Part shown: positions 9,100 to 16,541 of the stretch, piece by piece
How the letters are laid out: each line of letters begins with the position of its first letter
How positions within the stretch are numbered: the stretch's first letter is position 1
Origin: Pontiella desulfatans
GTDB taxonomy: Bacteria > Verrucomicrobiota > Kiritimatiellia > Kiritimatiellales > Pontiellaceae
NCBI RefSeq assembly: GCF_900890425.1
Contig: NZ_CAAHFG010000004.1
Coordinates: 218,798-242,797, forward strand
DNA: 24,000 nt
Direction: 5' to 3'
Translations under genes and position numbers: made by a program
Notes under the pieces: generated by a model
Told to the model about the DNA's origin: nothing
Seen by the model: the letters and a program-made list of their open reading frames with translations, nothing else
Database searches by the model: none

Positions 9100-10314
9100 C
9101 TAAAAAGACAAGGAATATGTCACAGATGCCAGGTTGGAATCAACATCATAAGTGCCGTTCGCCGTTTCCCGGTCATCGTAGATGCTATAGGCATAACCCA
9201 AGTCCAGCGTGTGCATGCCCAGGGAGTAGCCAATACCGAAACTGAGGATGTGGCGATCAAGGTCGGGGAGCAAAGGCGAAGCTGAGCTATCGGGAATGGG
9301 AGACGGCAACCAGGTATAGCCCGAACGCACAGCCAAACCATCGATGATTTCCCAGTTGACGCCGGTGTTGATGGAGTAGGAATCGTCCCAGTTGTTTTCC
9401 AAGACGAGCTGGCTTCCTCCCGCATTGATTGTTTGCGTCTTGTTCACCGACCACTCCAACCACTCGAACAGAGCCTCCAGCTGCACGTTTCCGGGAAGCG
9501 CGATACCGTATCCGATTCCAATGGTGTTCGGATATTTTAGCGTGGTCTCGAACTCGCCGGTGTTGGGGTAGGAAGCCGCAAAGTCGCCTTTGTATTTCAC
9601 ATCCACGCGGCTGCGGTAGGTCAGCGCCACGCGCTGGTTTTCCGTTGGCAACCAGGTCAGGCCCACGTTGCCGCCAATGCCCCAGCCATCGCCGGAGCCC
9701 TCCACATCATATGGAGACATCGGATCGGCAACCGGATAAAGATTTGGAAAGAGGGCTTTCATGGAAAAATCCGAATAGAAAATATCGCCGCCGATGCCGA
9801 AATAGACAGAATCATGGAGCTTGAAGGAAGCCGTTGGATTAAAGTTCACCAAAAGAACCTCGGCCTCGTAGGGAACCGGCTCGGTTACACCAGTCATGGG
9901 GTTGACTAGGTCTGTCTTGTTCCAGGATACACTCTGGCCATACGGGGTGCTGATGCCTAAACCGACCACCAGCCCCTTCACGCCAACAGGCTGCGAGTAG
10001 AAGAGGTTCGGCAAGACATTCCAAGGATCATCCGACTTCAATTCATAGCCCGGAGCGGGTTCATAGGTGATTTCCGACTGGGCAAACGTTGCCGCCAACA
10101 CCAAAGAATGATCTTCTTGCATGGCCAGGTTGGCCGGATTGTAGAAGATGGCCGAAGCATCGTCCACAAACGCCGAGTGGGCGCTGGATTTGCCGAGACC
10201 CTCCGCGGTCGGCGGTGGATTCCGATAGCCATCCGCGTAAACATCGCCGACCATGGCGATAGGCAACGCACTGAGCAAAACCATCCTACACAAGCGCTTA
10301 CTATTTGTTTTCAT
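9100..10314 (-). CDS. FadL/TodX/OmpP1-family outer-membrane channel for hydrophobic compounds
   Basis: I start it at the internal ATG 10312-10314 (MKTNSKRL...), which has a GGGAGAAG SD and a signal peptide (LLSALPIAMVGDVYA/DG). It carries the FadL-type N-terminal motif (DDASAIFYNPANLA). It is a Gly/Tyr-rich barrel ending in ...TYSLSF. Confidence 0.75.
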   Translation of the reverse strand: MKTNSKRLCRMVLLSALPIAMVGDVYADGYRNPPPTAEGLGKSSAHSAFVDDASAIFYNPANLAMQEDHSLVLAATFAQSEITYEPAPGYELKSDDPWNVLPNLFYSQPVGVKGLVVGLGISTPYGQSVSWNKTDLVNPMTGVTEPVPYEAEVLLVNFNPTASFKLHDSVYFGIGGDIFYSDFSMKALFPNLYPVADPMSPYDVEGSGDGWGIGGNVGLTWLPTENQRVALTYRSRVDVKYKGDFAASYPNTGEFETTLKYPNTIGIGYGIALPGNVQLEALFEWLEWSVNKTQTINAGGSQLVLENNWDDSYSINTGVNWEIIDGLAVRSGYTWLPSPIPDSSASPLLPDLDRHILSFGIGYSLGMHTLDLGYAYSIYDDRETANGTYDVDSNLASVTYSLSF

Positions 10315-10361
10315 ATCTTCTCCCTTAGTTCGGCTAGTTGAATTTGAACCACTCAAGTGAT

Positions 10362-10377
10362 AGCAACAGACGTGCCA
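10362..10377 (-). promoter_or_regulatory. Sigma54 (-24/-12) promoter for the FadL-like operon
   Basis: The minus strand reads TGGCAC-GTCTG-TTGCT, an exact TGGCAC-N5-TTGC consensus with GG-N10-GC spacing. The predicted TSS is near 10351, giving a leader of about 37 nt before the ATG. Confidence 0.75.
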
Positions 10378-10419
10378 CTTGTCAGTAAGTTTTTTCGTCC
10401 ATAGGTTGTGTAATAATTC

Positions 10420-10448
10420 TTGATATATACAACATATTGACATTTAAT
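10420..10448 (+). promoter_or_regulatory. Sigma70-like promoter for the ketosynthase/kinase operon
   Basis: TTGATA-N17-TTTAAT in a very AT-rich divergent intergenic region. An alternative TTGACA (10437-10442) is also present. Confidence 0.4.
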
Positions 10449-10449
10449 G

Positions 10450-10465
10450 TGTACAAATTTGTACA
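10450..10465. promoter_or_regulatory. 16-bp perfect palindrome TGTACAAATTTGTACA (TGT-N10-ACA), candidate enhancer/operator
   Basis: Perfect dyad. Its centre lies about 105 nt upstream of the predicted sigma54 TSS on the minus strand. It lies immediately downstream of the plus-strand -10 element. Confidence 0.55.
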
Positions 10466-10540
10466 GGAATGGGTTGCGGGCTTTTTAAGCCGCTTGGTTT
10501 CCAGAGTCTGGAATACCAATTTCAACGGGGGTTCAGGCGC

Positions 10541-11776
10541 GTGATCGGCAGAAACAGAGTAGTCATTACCGGCTTGGGGGTGCTCGCCGCCAACGGCATT
10601 GGCAAGGAGGCCTTCTGGAAGTCCCTCCTAGCCGGCGAGTCCGGCATCGGCCCCATCACCCAGTTCGATGCGAGTGAAATACCTTGGCAGATTGCTGGAG
10701 AAATCGACGGCTTTTCACCAACTGATTTCATTGATCCGAGTCTTAAGCCCAAAAGACAAAGTAGAAATACACAGATTGCCGCAGCAGCCACCGTCATGGC
10801 ACTTGAAGACGCAAAACTGTCCATGGATTCCTTGAAAAAGGTCGAACCCGTGCAAATCACACTTGGCATTAGCCTTGGGGGGCTCGATTTGGTGGAACAA
10901 CACACACGAAGGCTTGTCGAAAAGGGAGCCATGAAGGGACTGCCGACGGTTTCCGCGTGTGTGCACATTATCGCGTCGAGTTTCATCTCCGCCCTCCTCA
11001 AAGTGAAGACACAGATCAATGTTGTTTCGAACAGTTGCACAGGCGGACTTGATGCAATCGCCGCTGGAGCCGCAGCGATTAGACGCGGCGAAGTGGAATT
11101 GGCGATAGTAGGAGGAACCGATGCTGTCATCATACCTTCGGTTGTTACAGGATTAGGTTTTGCTGGCATGTTGACCGACAGTCACGATAATCCTAAAACC
11201 ATTAGCCGACCCTTTGATCTGACAAGGTGCGGAGGAGTGCTGGCGGAAGGCACGGGTATCGTGATCCTTGAAAGCCTAAATCATGCTCGAGAACGTGGAG
11301 CCCGGCAATATGCAGAAATCAGTGCCCATGGAACAGCAAGTGGCATCAACATGCAATTGCATGAGGGACTGGAAACCAGCATGCGGCGGGCAATGAGCAA
11401 TGCAGGTCTCTATCCACAAGACATATCCAACATCAACGCCCATGGCACCAGCGATCCGGATTTGGATATTGCGGAAACCGTGGCGATAAAGAATGTTCTT
11501 GGGAGCCACGCTTATAATATCCCCATCAACTCCATTAAAGGATCAACGGGAAATCCTTTAGCCGCAGGCGGTGCCCTCCAGGTCATTTCCAGCTGCCTTT
11601 CAATGGAGGTCGGCATAATACCTCCGACAACGAACCTTAGAGTACCTGATCCCGATTGTGATCTTGATTATGTCCCCGAAACACCCCGCCACTTTGAACC
11701 TTCTGTTACGTTGATTAATAGCCATGGCACAGGCGGAGTGAACAGTTCTATGGTCTTGGAGAAAATTAAACAGTGA
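10541..11776 (+). CDS. FabF/FabB-type beta-ketoacyl synthase, orphan, with a Cys-His-Asn active-site pattern
   Basis: Motifs: RVVITGLGV, active-site NSCTGG, NAHGTS, and SIKGSTGNPLAAGG (Asn where FabF has His). I prefer the GTG at 10541 (GGGGG about 10 nt upstream; N-terminus MIGRNRVVITG). The ORF track's ATG at 10469 is the alternative. The stop overlaps the next gene's start (GTGA). Confidence 0.8.
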   Translation: MIGRNRVVITGLGVLAANGIGKEAFWKSLLAGESGIGPITQFDASEIPWQIAGEIDGFSPTDFIDPSLKPKRQSRNTQIAAAATVMALEDAKLSMDSLKKVEPVQITLGISLGGLDLVEQHTRRLVEKGAMKGLPTVSACVHIIASSFISALLKVKTQINVVSNSCTGGLDAIAAGAAAIRRGEVELAIVGGTDAVIIPSVVTGLGFAGMLTDSHDNPKTISRPFDLTRCGGVLAEGTGIVILESLNHARERGARQYAEISAHGTASGINMQLHEGLETSMRRAMSNAGLYPQDISNINAHGTSDPDLDIAETVAIKNVLGSHAYNIPINSIKGSTGNPLAAGGALQVISSCLSMEVGIIPPTTNLRVPDPDCDLDYVPETPRHFEPSVTLINSHGTGGVNSSMVLEKIKQ

Positions 11777-14283
11777 TCCTAATCACACTACTTCTTATCT
11801 TGGCTATTGTGGTCAACCTTGGACTGGGCACTACGGTATACCTCACCAATCGGGCAAGAAAAGCGAACCAAAGTTATCTGGTTGCAACAATCTTTATGTC
11901 ACTGTGGCTCAGTGCCAATCTTATCATTCTCCATTCCACATCCGCCCACCTAGCTCACATAGGCATCGATGCCGCATCGGCTTTATCTGTTTGCATTCCA
12001 ACAACATTCCAGTTGCTTCGCCTTACGATCAAGTTTCCCGAATACTCTTGGAGATCGGTGCTGACCAGGTGCCATAAGCAAATTCTTTTCAATATTATTA
12101 CCGTTGCAGTCTGCTTCACGCCCTCATTCAGCCAATCAGTCATTCTTCCCGAACCAGGCGAACCGGGGCTGGTTCAACCAGTATATGGACCAGCCTTTCT
12201 CGTTTTCCTCGTATACATGCTTTCTTCCATAGCAGTGCTTGGATGCGGGGTTTTTAAAGACAGAAAACAAATTAGGGGAACACAACGACTAGAACTGGAA
12301 TTCCTCCTATTCGCCTGTCTGGCAGGTCTTAGCGTAGGCATCTTCCTAGGGACGGTTGTTTCACTGATCTCAAAATCATACAACTCAATCCCAATTGCAA
12401 ATTCTGCAAGCGTTTTCACAGTATCCATCATCGTTGCGTATGGCATAGCCATGCATAAAATCCTGACCGTTTCGACGCTCTTACGCAGATTCACCGCCTA
12501 TGCCCTGATCACGGTCTACCTAAGTGTGGTATATTTTATAACAGCAAGCATAATGCGATTCGCCTGTGAAGCACTTGAAATATCCATGACATTCCCCATT
12601 CATTTAACTTCGGCTCTTGCCGTAGCTTTTTCCATGCTTCCGGCCAGATCACGAATGCAGAAAGCAACAGACCTTCTATTTGGAGGAACAAACTACTTTA
12701 ATGTCCAGGACACGGTTCGAAAAGCCAGCGACATCTTCCAATCCGTTACAACAATAACCTCTCTGCTTGATCATTTCTCAAACTTACTCGTTAGTGCTTT
12801 CGGAACGGAGCGCGTTATAATTCTTACCGCTACCGACGGTGGATATAAGCAACAATACCCCTACCCTCTTGATAATGCTGTTTTCTTTTCTGAAAATAGT
12901 GCCTTGGTAGGAATGCTGGAAAGAAACCGAGATCCCGTCTGTGCAGAAAGCCTGCTACGTATCCGGGAGACCTCGGAAATCCATGACACGATCAAGAATC
13001 TCAAATCTTCTGATGCAAACATAGCGACAGGTGTTTTCTCAAAATCAAAATTGAATGGCATTGTTTTATTCGGAACGCGACACAAAGGCCGTATTTACGA
13101 CAAAACCGAGCAGGATGCGATTCAAATCCTCTGCAACCAATTTGCCGTGGCCTTTGAAAACGCCCAGCTTTATACCGAAATGCAGGATAGCAAAATCCGC
13201 AACGAAATCATGCTCGATCAGCTCGTGAGTGGTGTGATTGTTGCCAGCCCTGACCGGAAAATCACCCTGTTCAACCATGAAGCACAACGCATAACCGGCA
13301 TCGTCGAGTCGGAAGCGATCGGCCAGAACATCGACATTCTTCCCAAAGCCATTGCCATGGCTCTGGAAGAAACGTTGGAAGACAAAACCGGGCTCCGCAA
13401 TATCGATGCATCCCTCTATTCACCGGAAGTGAGGGAGGAAAGCGTAAGCATCCGGATGGGTTCCGCCTTCCTGTTCGGCCACGACGATAAACCCATGGGA
13501 GCCTTGCTCGTTTTCACCGACACTACCGAGTTGAAGGGCCTGGAAGAACAAGTCCGGCGCTCCGACCAGTTATCCAGCGTCGGTACGCTGGCCGCCGGCA
13601 TGGCGCATGAAATCAAGAATCCGCTCGTCACCATCAAAACCTTCACCCAGCTGCTGCCCAAACGATACGACGACGAAGATTTCAGACAGGAGTTTTCCAG
13701 CCTGGTTGCCCACGAAGTCTCGCGTATCGACGGCATCGTGAACGAGCTGCTCAGTTTCTCCAAACCGGCCAAACCGCACCTGGTCCCGATGAAACTCCAG
13801 CATACGATCGATCAGATCCTCAAGCTGACCCATGAGCAGATGGTGCAAAGCAACATCCAGCTCAAGAACAAATGCACTGCCGAAAACGACATGATCTTCG
13901 GCGATGCCAAGTTGCTTTCCCAAGCATTGATCAACCTCAACCTGAATGCGGCAGAGGCCATTGGCGAGGGCGGGACGATCACCGTTGGAACCCTCAATTG
14001 CACCTACCGGTTTGCCAATGGCGACTCTCCGGAGCATGCCAAAACCAAGCACTGCATCCGGCTGCAGATCACCGACACCGGCAAGGGCATCGAGCGCAAG
14101 GATCTCCAAAAAATCTTCGATCCATTCTTCACTAGCAAGAGCGAGGGCACCGGCATGGGGCTTTCCGTCGCCCATGGCATCATCAACGAACATCACGGGG
14201 TGATCGAGGTGGAGAGCGAACCCGGACTTGGCACCACGTTCTACGTCTACATCCCCTTGCTTGAGGAGGGTATTGCTTCATGA
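11773..14283 (+). CDS. Polytopic-membrane sensor histidine kinase (about 8-9 TM helices, GAF, PAS, HisKA, HATPase_c)
   Basis: By eye there are eight to nine hydrophobic helices in aa 1-290. A GAF-like segment ends ...FAVAFENAQLY. A PAS segment follows (VSGVIVASPDRKITLFNHEAQRITG). The H-box is MAHEIKNPL (His codon 13606-13608). N/G boxes: NLNLNAAEA, DTGKGI, GTGMGL. GGAGA SD lies 10 nt before the GTG. Confidence 0.85.
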   Translation: MILITLLLILAIVVNLGLGTTVYLTNRARKANQSYLVATIFMSLWLSANLIILHSTSAHLAHIGIDAASALSVCIPTTFQLLRLTIKFPEYSWRSVLTRCHKQILFNIITVAVCFTPSFSQSVILPEPGEPGLVQPVYGPAFLVFLVYMLSSIAVLGCGVFKDRKQIRGTQRLELEFLLFACLAGLSVGIFLGTVVSLISKSYNSIPIANSASVFTVSIIVAYGIAMHKILTVSTLLRRFTAYALITVYLSVVYFITASIMRFACEALEISMTFPIHLTSALAVAFSMLPARSRMQKATDLLFGGTNYFNVQDTVRKASDIFQSVTTITSLLDHFSNLLVSAFGTERVIILTATDGGYKQQYPYPLDNAVFFSENSALVGMLERNRDPVCAESLLRIRETSEIHDTIKNLKSSDANIATGVFSKSKLNGIVLFGTRHKGRIYDKTEQDAIQILCNQFAVAFENAQLYTEMQDSKIRNEIMLDQLVSGVIVASPDRKITLFNHEAQRITGIVESEAIGQNIDILPKAIAMALEETLEDKTGLRNIDASLYSPEVREESVSIRMGSAFLFGHDDKPMGALLVFTDTTELKGLEEQVRRSDQLSSVGTLAAGMAHEIKNPLVTIKTFTQLLPKRYDDEDFRQEFSSLVAHEVSRIDGIVNELLSFSKPAKPHLVPMKLQHTIDQILKLTHEQMVQSNIQLKNKCTAENDMIFGDAKLLSQALINLNLNAAEAIGEGGTITVGTLNCTYRFANGDSPEHAKTKHCIRLQITDTGKGIERKDLQKIFDPFFTSKSEGTGMGLSVAHGIINEHHGVIEVESEPGLGTTFYVYIPLLEEGIAS

Positions 14284-16271
14284 AAACCCTACCGTCATGC
14301 ATCCTATACAGCCGCGACGACGAACTCACCGGACGCCTGATCCGCATCTCGACCTCCGTCGTCGCCCTCCAGCTTATCGAGGAACCGGTCGACCTTGAAC
14401 AGTGGATCGCCCAATTTGGCGATACGGTGCTGCTTGCCGATCTACGGGCAACCAACTGCCTCGACATGCTTGCATCCATCCGGAAGGAAAAGCCGGCAAC
14501 CATCATCATTCCCATTGGAGCCGACCGGTCCGACCCAATGCTCGCGGTTGAGTGGCTCGAGCCCTTTGCCACCTTATCGCTCGAACCCGACCGCCGCGAA
14601 TTCCAGACCCTGCTAAAACAGGCCGTCGAATGCCTGGCCCTCCGCCAGAAAAACAAGGTGCTCGAGGAGGAGCTGGCGACCTTGAACGCCCGCAAGGTCG
14701 AGCAACGCCCCCAACCGCGCACCCTCTTCTCCGCCCCGCTGCAGAACTTTTCCAAAGCACAGCGGAATTTCGACAACATCGACATGCTGTTCGACAGTGT
14801 TGTCGAAGGCCTTGTTGCGACGGCACGCGTATCGCGCGCGGGCATTTTCATCAAGCCCGATTCGGGCGACGCATATCTCTACAAGGCCGGAACCCGCTGC
14901 CTGGCAACCACGGAAAAACTGCGAGTCCGGCCGGACAGTCCGTTCGTGCGCTGGCTGGAAATGAACACGCATCTGGTATCGCGCAAGACGCTCGAAAACG
15001 TTGCCGACCCCCAGGAACGCGCAATGCTCAAGCAGATGCTCGACTCGCTCGGCGCGGAAATCATCATCCCCCTATACGCAACCGGATGCATCAAGGGCTG
15101 GATCTTCGTCGGCCAGCGCTCCACCGGCATCCCGTTCGATATCGCCGACCTCGAAGACATGACCGGCCTGGCCGACCACATTTCCACCACGCTCGAAAAG
15201 GCGCTCAAGTACGAGGAAACCGCACTCCAGAAAGCCCTCGCCGAAACGGTGCTGCACACCATTCCGTTCGGCATCATCGCCTGCGACGAACATGCCATCC
15301 TGCGCTGGTTCAACACCACCGCGCGCGAAATCCTCAAACCGCAAAGCGAAGTCGTCATCGGCCAGCGCGCCGAAGTGCTGGGCAGCCGGATTGCAGACAT
15401 GCTCCGAAGCGCCGTCGGCGGCCAGCACATGCCCTGCACCAAGGAATGGACCGACAACCGCACCAAACTAACACTCGCCGCAGAAACACACTGCCTAACG
15501 GATGGCGGCTCCTGCGTCGGCGCCATGGTCATGCTACGCGATGTCACTGGCGTTAAGCTGCTCAAGGAAAAGGAAGAGCAGGTTGAGCGCGCCACCTTCT
15601 GGAACGAACTCGCCTCGAGCATGAGCCACGAAATCCGCAACCCCCTCGTGGCCATCAAGACCTTCTCGCAGTTGCTGCCTCAGCGATACGAAGATCCCGA
15701 TTTCCGCGCCGAATTCAGCAAACAGGTCACCACCGAGGTCGACCAACTCAACCAAATCATCGACAAGATCAACGAGTTCGCCAATCCGCCCAAACCCATC
15801 TTCCAACCCCTCGATATCCGCAAGCCCATCGAGCACGCCGTCACACGGATCCAATCTGAACTCAACCACGACAATCTCAAAATCCACCTCTCGGCCGACG
15901 AAACCGCCCTCCAGATCAATGGCGACACCACATCCATGGAGGAATGCATCTACCACCTGCTCAAGAACGCGGCGGAAAACCTCGCCAACAAACCCGGCTC
16001 GCGCATCAACGTCACGGTCAAAGGGCGCTCCCCCGAGAAGGGATCCGGGAACATCTACATCATGGTCACCGACAACGGCAGCGGGATCGACCCTTCGTTG
16101 CGCGACAAGATATTCTCGCCCTTCATCACCATCAAGGCGCTCGGCTTCGGCCTCGGCCTGCCGATCGCCAAACGCGCGGTCATCGACCACAACGGACAGA
16201 TGGACATCGAAAGCAGCTCCGGCGGAACCACTGTATCCATCACCCTCCCCGCCTCGGAGGAACAGGAATGA
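14280..16271 (+). CDS. Cytoplasmic sensor histidine kinase (degenerate receiver-like N-terminus, GAF, PAS, HisKA, HATPase_c), paralog of the preceding kinase
   Basis: ATGA overlap with the upstream stop, and a GAGGAGGG SD. The H-box MSHEIRNPLVAIKTFSQLLPQRYEDPDFRAEFS (His codon 15627-15629) is near-identical in pattern to HK1. N/G boxes: LLKNAAENL, DNGSGI, GFGLGL. No TM segments. Confidence 0.85.
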   Translation: MKTLPSCILYSRDDELTGRLIRISTSVVALQLIEEPVDLEQWIAQFGDTVLLADLRATNCLDMLASIRKEKPATIIIPIGADRSDPMLAVEWLEPFATLSLEPDRREFQTLLKQAVECLALRQKNKVLEEELATLNARKVEQRPQPRTLFSAPLQNFSKAQRNFDNIDMLFDSVVEGLVATARVSRAGIFIKPDSGDAYLYKAGTRCLATTEKLRVRPDSPFVRWLEMNTHLVSRKTLENVADPQERAMLKQMLDSLGAEIIIPLYATGCIKGWIFVGQRSTGIPFDIADLEDMTGLADHISTTLEKALKYEETALQKALAETVLHTIPFGIIACDEHAILRWFNTTAREILKPQSEVVIGQRAEVLGSRIADMLRSAVGGQHMPCTKEWTDNRTKLTLAAETHCLTDGGSCVGAMVMLRDVTGVKLLKEKEEQVERATFWNELASSMSHEIRNPLVAIKTFSQLLPQRYEDPDFRAEFSKQVTTEVDQLNQIIDKINEFANPPKPIFQPLDIRKPIEHAVTRIQSELNHDNLKIHLSADETALQINGDTTSMEECIYHLLKNAAENLANKPGSRINVTVKGRSPEKGSGNIYIMVTDNGSGIDPSLRDKIFSPFITIKALGFGLGLPIAKRAVIDHNGQMDIESSSGGTTVSITLPASEEQE

Positions 16272-16480
16272 AAACGCCCAAGGATATCCAGAATGCAGAG
16301 GGCCCAATCAACCTCGAAGAAGCCGTCGGGGATTTCGAACGCAACCTGATCGAGCAGGCGCTCGAAAAATGCAACGGCATCCAAACCCGGGCCGCGGAAC
16401 ACCTTGGCACCACCCGCCGCATCCTCCGCTACCGCATGGACAAACTCGGCATCAGGCCCCAGCGCGGCAAACATCCATAA
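16268..16480 (+). CDS. Stand-alone Fis/NtrC-type helix-turn-helix protein (70 aa)
   Basis: ATGA overlap with the HK2 stop. The sequence FERNLIEQALEKCNGIQTRAAEHLGTTRRILRYRMDKLGI matches the C-terminal HTH_8 pattern of NtrC-family activators. It lies in the same frame as listed ORF 15944-16480, but the upstream part of that ORF overlaps HK2. Confidence 0.7.
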   Translation: MKTPKDIQNAEGPINLEEAVGDFERNLIEQALEKCNGIQTRAAEHLGTTRRILRYRMDKLGIRPQRGKHP

Positions 16481-16487
16481 CCCATTC

Positions 16488-16515
16488 TTGCCAAACGCCC
16501 GGCTTGGACTACAAT
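16488..16515 (+). promoter_or_regulatory. Sigma70-like promoter upstream of usp
   Basis: TTGCCA-N16-TACAAT, followed by AGGAGG (16531-16536) and the ATG at 16542. Confidence 0.4.
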
Positions 16516-16541
16516 AGCTTCACCGAACCAAGGAGGCCTCC

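Noticed and set aside
10469-10540. ATG at 10469 as the ketosynthase start (the ORF-track start)
   Set aside because: It would add 24 residues (MGCGLFKPLGFQSLEYQFQRGFRR) not seen before the conserved RVVITGLG N-terminus of KAS enzymes, and AGGA abuts the ATG with no spacing. The GTG at 10541 has better spacing to a G-rich SD. I have kept 10469 as an alternative; it is not excluded.
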